Assembly (NCBI GenBank): GCA_039208735.1
Contig: JBCCQY010000007.1
Span: 40,841-104,840 of the forward strand
Length of the DNA stretch: 64,000 nt
Origin: Myxococcota bacterium
Lineage (GTDB): Bacteria > Myxococcota_A > UBA796 > GCA-2862545
Reading direction: 5' to 3'
Shown: positions 60,420 to 64,000 of the stretch, in pieces
Position numbering within the stretch: the first letter of the stretch is position 1
How the letters are laid out: every line of letters begins with the position of its first letter
The notes under the pieces: model-generated
What the model was told of the DNA's origin: nothing
The model's input: the letters and a program-made list of their open reading frames with translations, nothing else
The model's database searches: none
Program-made: the position numbers and the translations under genes

Positions 60420-61240
60420 CGGACCCGCTCGCTGACCGCCGCGAGGTCCGTCGGCGTGGCGGACAAACACGCCAACATCCATTCCGTCGGCTCATCTGCG
60501 CCCACATCCAACCCGAAACCCTCCGGTTCCTCGGGCACCAACGCGTTGGCGAGGTGCACCACCGCCGCCAGCGGAGCGTCCGATGTGGGTTCATGATGTT
60601 CCGCGACCGCCTGACCTACGGCCACCGGCAGCTTCCACTCCCGACAAAGTGCGGCGCCGATCTTAGCGTGGTCCGTCCCAAAGCACGAACGTTCGGCCTC
60701 GCACAAGCGAACGTTGGGGTCCGTCCGGGCCAACCGCAACGCCTGTTGCAGCGCTCCTCGGTCGACCAGCATCTCCAACACAATGCCAATCTCATGGAGC
60801 AGACCGGCCAGATAGGCTTCCTCGGGAGGTGCGCCGAAGTAGTCCGCAACATGGCGACTGGCGATCGCGGTGGCGTTGGAGTGGCGCCATAACGCCTCGG
60901 CGTCGACCCCTGGCACGAGGGCACCCGGCTGGAACAGCTTTGCCATCGACACCGCGATGGTCACGTTGCGGGTGGCCGCATGGCCCAGCAGATCGACCGC
61001 GCGCCGTACGGAGGCCACTTTCTGCGTGAACCCGTACATCGGTGAATTGGCCACCTTGAGAATCTTGGCAGACAGGACGGGGTCGGCCTGGATCACCTGC
61101 TCAATCTCTGCGTTTTGGCTGTTCGGATCTTCGACAAGCTCGATGACCCGCGCGGCGACTTGAGGCAGCGTGGCAATCCGAGCTGCAGCGGCCAAGGCGC
61201 GCTTTAGCGTCTCGGATTCATCGATCGAGGGAACAGTCAC
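60401..61240 (-). CDS. HDOD domain protein
   Basis: TLP...DPVLSAKILKVANS; LWRHS; AGLLHEIG; ER..FGTDHA..G..L..W.LP; start uncertain. Confidence 0.92.
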   Translation of the reverse strand: MTVPSIDESETLKRALAAAARIATLPQVAARVIELVEDPNSQNAEIEQVIQADPVLSAKILKVANSPMYGFTQKVASVRRAVDLLGHAATRNVTIAVSMAKLFQPGALVPGVDAEALWRHSNATAIASRHVADYFGAPPEEAYLAGLLHEIGIVLEMLVDRGALQQALRLARTDPNVRLCEAERSCFGTDHAKIGAALCREWKLPVAVGQAVAEHHEPTSDAPLAAVVHLANALVPEEPEGFGLDVGADEPTEWMLACLSATPTDLAAVSERVRQAVTG

Positions 61241-61431
61241 TTGAGATCCTTGGATGATTCCCTTTCGATCCCACGATCGACGGTCTTGAGCGTCCACTCC
61301 GGCGGGATGGCGCGAGCGACCTTCGAAATCTCACCGGCCCGCGATCGTGAAGCAAGCCACTGCATGCCATGCTCGAAGTCCAACTTCCTCCATCGGTCTT
61401 CGGTAAGTGACGCCATGCTACGCTCGCAGGC

Positions 61432-62895
61432 ATGCCAAACCAGCTGCTCCGAACCGTTGCATCCACCCTCACCGATTCACCCCATCCCTACCTGACCGGG
61501 GCATGGACGCCGGTGTTCGAGGAATTCGATGCGGACGATCTCGAGGTGGAAGGGGAGATTCCTCGCGACCTCGAAGGAATCTACATCCGAAACACCGAAA
61601 ATCCGGTCCATGAGCCCCTTGGCGTGTACCACCCGTTCGACGGCGATGGCATGCTTCACGCGATGTCCTTCCGGGATGGCAAGGCCTCGTACGTCAATCG
61701 GTTTGTTCGCACCCAGGGCTTCCTGGCCGAACAGGAGGCCGGCCGCGCGCTTTGGGCAGGGATTGCGGCGTTCAAGACTCCTTCCGAACGACCAGGCTGG
61801 GGGGCGCACGGGGGACTCAAGGATTCCTCGTCGACCGATGTGGTCGTTCATGCGGGTCACGTCCTGAGCACGTTCTACCAGTGTGGCGATGGGTACCGCC
61901 TGGACCCTCGGTCACTCGATACGGTCGGCACAGCGCCGTGGGTGCCTGACGACGGCATTTCCGCCCATCCCAAGGTCGACGAGGCGACGGGCGAGCTGCT
62001 GTTCTTCAACTATTCCAAGCGCTCGCCCTACCTTCACTATGGGGTGGTCAGTGCAGACGATCAACTTGAACACTACATCCCCGTGCCTCTGCCGGGCCCG
62101 CGCCTGCCCCACGACATGGCGTTTACGAAGAACTACGCAATTTTAGCTGATCTCCCGATGTTCTGGGATGCCAAGGGCCTTGCCGCGGGCGTTCACGTAG
62201 CCCGGTTCCATCGGGACCTTCCCACCCGGTTTGCCGTGGTTCCTCGTCGAGGAGAGCCCGACGCCATCCGTTGGTTTGAGGCCGATCCCACCTACGTGCT
62301 TCATTGGACCAATGCCTGGGAGGAAGGCCAGGAGATCGTGCTCGAGGGCTACTTTCAGGAGAATCCAGACCCTGACGCGTTGCCGGGCTACCCCAAGGGC
62401 CTCGACCGATTGATGGCTTACCTCGACCAGCACTCCTTTCGACCTCGGCTGCATCGCTGGCGATTCGATCTGGTGACCGGACACACGCGCGAGGAGCGCC
62501 TGGACGAACGTACGTTGGAATTCGGGACAATCAACCAGCGCTTCGCAGGGCGCAAGCACCATTTCACCTACAGTACGACCGCAAAGCCAGGTTGGTTCCT
62601 GTTTACCGGCCTCGTCAAACACGACGCACAAACCGGACAGTCGCAAAGCATAACGTTTGGACCCGATCGATTCGGCTCCGAGGCGCGCTTCGCCCCGCGT
62701 CCGGGGGCCACCGAAGAAGACGACGGCTACCTCGTGAGCTTTGTTACAGATCTCCGCGAAAACTGCTCCGAATGCGTCATTTTCGATGCCCGCAGCCTCG
62801 CTGACGGGCCCATCGCTCGCATTCGGCTACCCCATCGCATTTCGAGCGGAACCCACGCCACCTGGGCGAGCTGGGACCAAGTGGAGCGCCCATGA
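61432..62895 (+). CDS. Carotenoid cleavage oxygenase (RPE65 family)
   Basis: HPFDGDGM; four His ligands in SAHPK, PHDM, LHW, GTHA; GSE..F.PR. Confidence 0.93.
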   Translation: MPNQLLRTVASTLTDSPHPYLTGAWTPVFEEFDADDLEVEGEIPRDLEGIYIRNTENPVHEPLGVYHPFDGDGMLHAMSFRDGKASYVNRFVRTQGFLAEQEAGRALWAGIAAFKTPSERPGWGAHGGLKDSSSTDVVVHAGHVLSTFYQCGDGYRLDPRSLDTVGTAPWVPDDGISAHPKVDEATGELLFFNYSKRSPYLHYGVVSADDQLEHYIPVPLPGPRLPHDMAFTKNYAILADLPMFWDAKGLAAGVHVARFHRDLPTRFAVVPRRGEPDAIRWFEADPTYVLHWTNAWEEGQEIVLEGYFQENPDPDALPGYPKGLDRLMAYLDQHSFRPRLHRWRFDLVTGHTREERLDERTLEFGTINQRFAGRKHHFTYSTTAKPGWFLFTGLVKHDAQTGQSQSITFGPDRFGSEARFAPRPGATEEDDGYLVSFVTDLRENCSECVIFDARSLADGPIARIRLPHRISSGTHATWASWDQVERP

Positions 62896-64000
62896 CGACC
62901 CGCCCCGTGTTTCTGTTGGGCGGTGCCCAAAGTGACTTCTCCCGCAACTGGGCACGCGAGGGCCTCGGGATCTTCGAGCTGCTTCGCGACACCACCTTGG
63001 CCGGGTTTGAATCGGCGAAGGTTGAGCCCCACGAGGTCGAGGTCATTCACATCGGCAACTTCGTCGGTGAGCTGTTTGCTCACCAGGGCCTGCTCGCCGG
63101 CATGATGGGTCATGTGCACCCCGACCTCGAAGGACGGCCTGCATCGAGGCACGAAGCAGCGTGCGCATCAGGCTCCATGGCCTTGTTGGCCGCAAGTGCG
63201 GAAATCGAGGCAGGCCGCTACGGGCTCGCGGCGGTGGTGGGCATCGAGTTGATGCGCAACGTGCCCGGCGACGTCGCTGCCCACAACTTGGGGTGTGCCG
63301 CCTGGACCGGCCGCGAGGCCGAAGACGCCACCTACGTCTGGCCCGCCCTGTTCTCCCGGCTCGCCGAGGTCTACGACGAGCGGTACGGCCTCGACGAGGC
63401 CCATCTCTCGGAGATTTCGAAGATCAACTTCGACAACGCAACGCGGAACCCGTTGGCGCAAGCGCGACGATGGACGTTCACCGAAGAGAGCTTCGCGCGA
63501 GACGATGCGACCAATCCCATCGTCGAAGGACGCATGCGGCGCAGTGACTGTGGGCAGATCACCGATGGCGCGGCGGTGCTGTTTCTTGCCTCCGAAGCGG
63601 TCGCCAAGGCCCACGCAGCTCGCATCGGCGTGCCTCTCGAAGCGCTGCCCCGCATCAAGGGCTGGGGGCACACCACCGCCCCGCTGCTGTTCGAAGCGAA
63701 GCTCGCCCGCCCCTCGGACGGCCACCTGTTTCCATGGGTTCGCAAAGCGATCACCGACGCCTACGCGCGAGCCCAGCTGGCAGGCCCTCAGGACCTCGAT
63801 GCCATCGAGCTGCACGATTGTTTTTCGATCACCGAGTACATGGCGATTGAGCACTTTGGGCTCACCCCACCCGGCGAAGCGTGGCGCGCCATCGAATCGG
63901 GCGTCATCCGCGCGGACGGCTCCCTTCCCATCAACCCGTCGGGCGGCCTCATCGGACTGGGGCATCCCGTAGGGGCCACCGGCGTACGTATGGCCCTCGA
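62892..64000 (+). CDS. Acetyl-CoA acetyltransferase (SCP-x-type thiolase); 3' partial
   Basis: Manual translation from ATG 62892: EAACASG, TDGA, ELHDCF, NPSGG, GHPVGATG; runs off the window. Confidence 0.9.
   Translation, partial: MTTRPVFLLGGAQSDFSRNWAREGLGIFELLRDTTLAGFESAKVEPHEVEVIHIGNFVGELFAHQGLLAGMMGHVHPDLEGRPASRHEAACASGSMALLAASAEIEAGRYGLAAVVGIELMRNVPGDVAAHNLGCAAWTGREAEDATYVWPALFSRLAEVYDERYGLDEAHLSEISKINFDNATRNPLAQARRWTFTEESFARDDATNPIVEGRMRRSDCGQITDGAAVLFLASEAVAKAHAARIGVPLEALPRIKGWGHTTAPLLFEAKLARPSDGHLFPWVRKAITDAYARAQLAGPQDLDAIELHDCFSITEYMAIEHFGLTPPGEAWRAIESGVIRADGSLPINPSGGLIGLGHPVGATGVRMAL

Overview
GC-rich bacterial window that looks like Myxococcota (Ser/Thr kinase-FGE fusion, DUF1592/DUF1552 pair, two TIGR02147 paralogues, WD40-caspase, VIT-vWA). 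All family calls are by motif recognition only; no database search was run. No rRNA, canonical tRNA or CRISPR array was seen. Main points of interest: (1) a tightly packed minus-strand TIR - stand-alone SLOG - Ser/Thr kinase/FGE - TIGR02147 cluster with an FHA-wHTH gene and a second SLOG nearby (21.7-29.2 kb), a candidate nucleotide-signal system with a kinase in place of the usual Thoeris effector; (2) a Ro60/TROVE-like vWA gene coupled to an ARPP-2-like gene, preceded by a three-hairpin Y-RNA-like element with a tRNA-anticodon-like loop, and divergent from a STAND regulator split by one in-frame TAG (38.7-44.5 kb); (3) a ~6.8 kb decayed island bounded by an 87-bp direct repeat that duplicates the overlapping 3' ends of two convergent genes, holding three complementary tyrosine-integrase fragments plus RHS/Hint and IS3 remnants (45.95-52.9 kb); (4) an orphan ribosomal S17 paralogue with an N-terminal extension, preceded by a GCGNAGC mini-hairpin cluster; (5) the same NPG/two-Cys exported domain next to both TIGR02147 genes.
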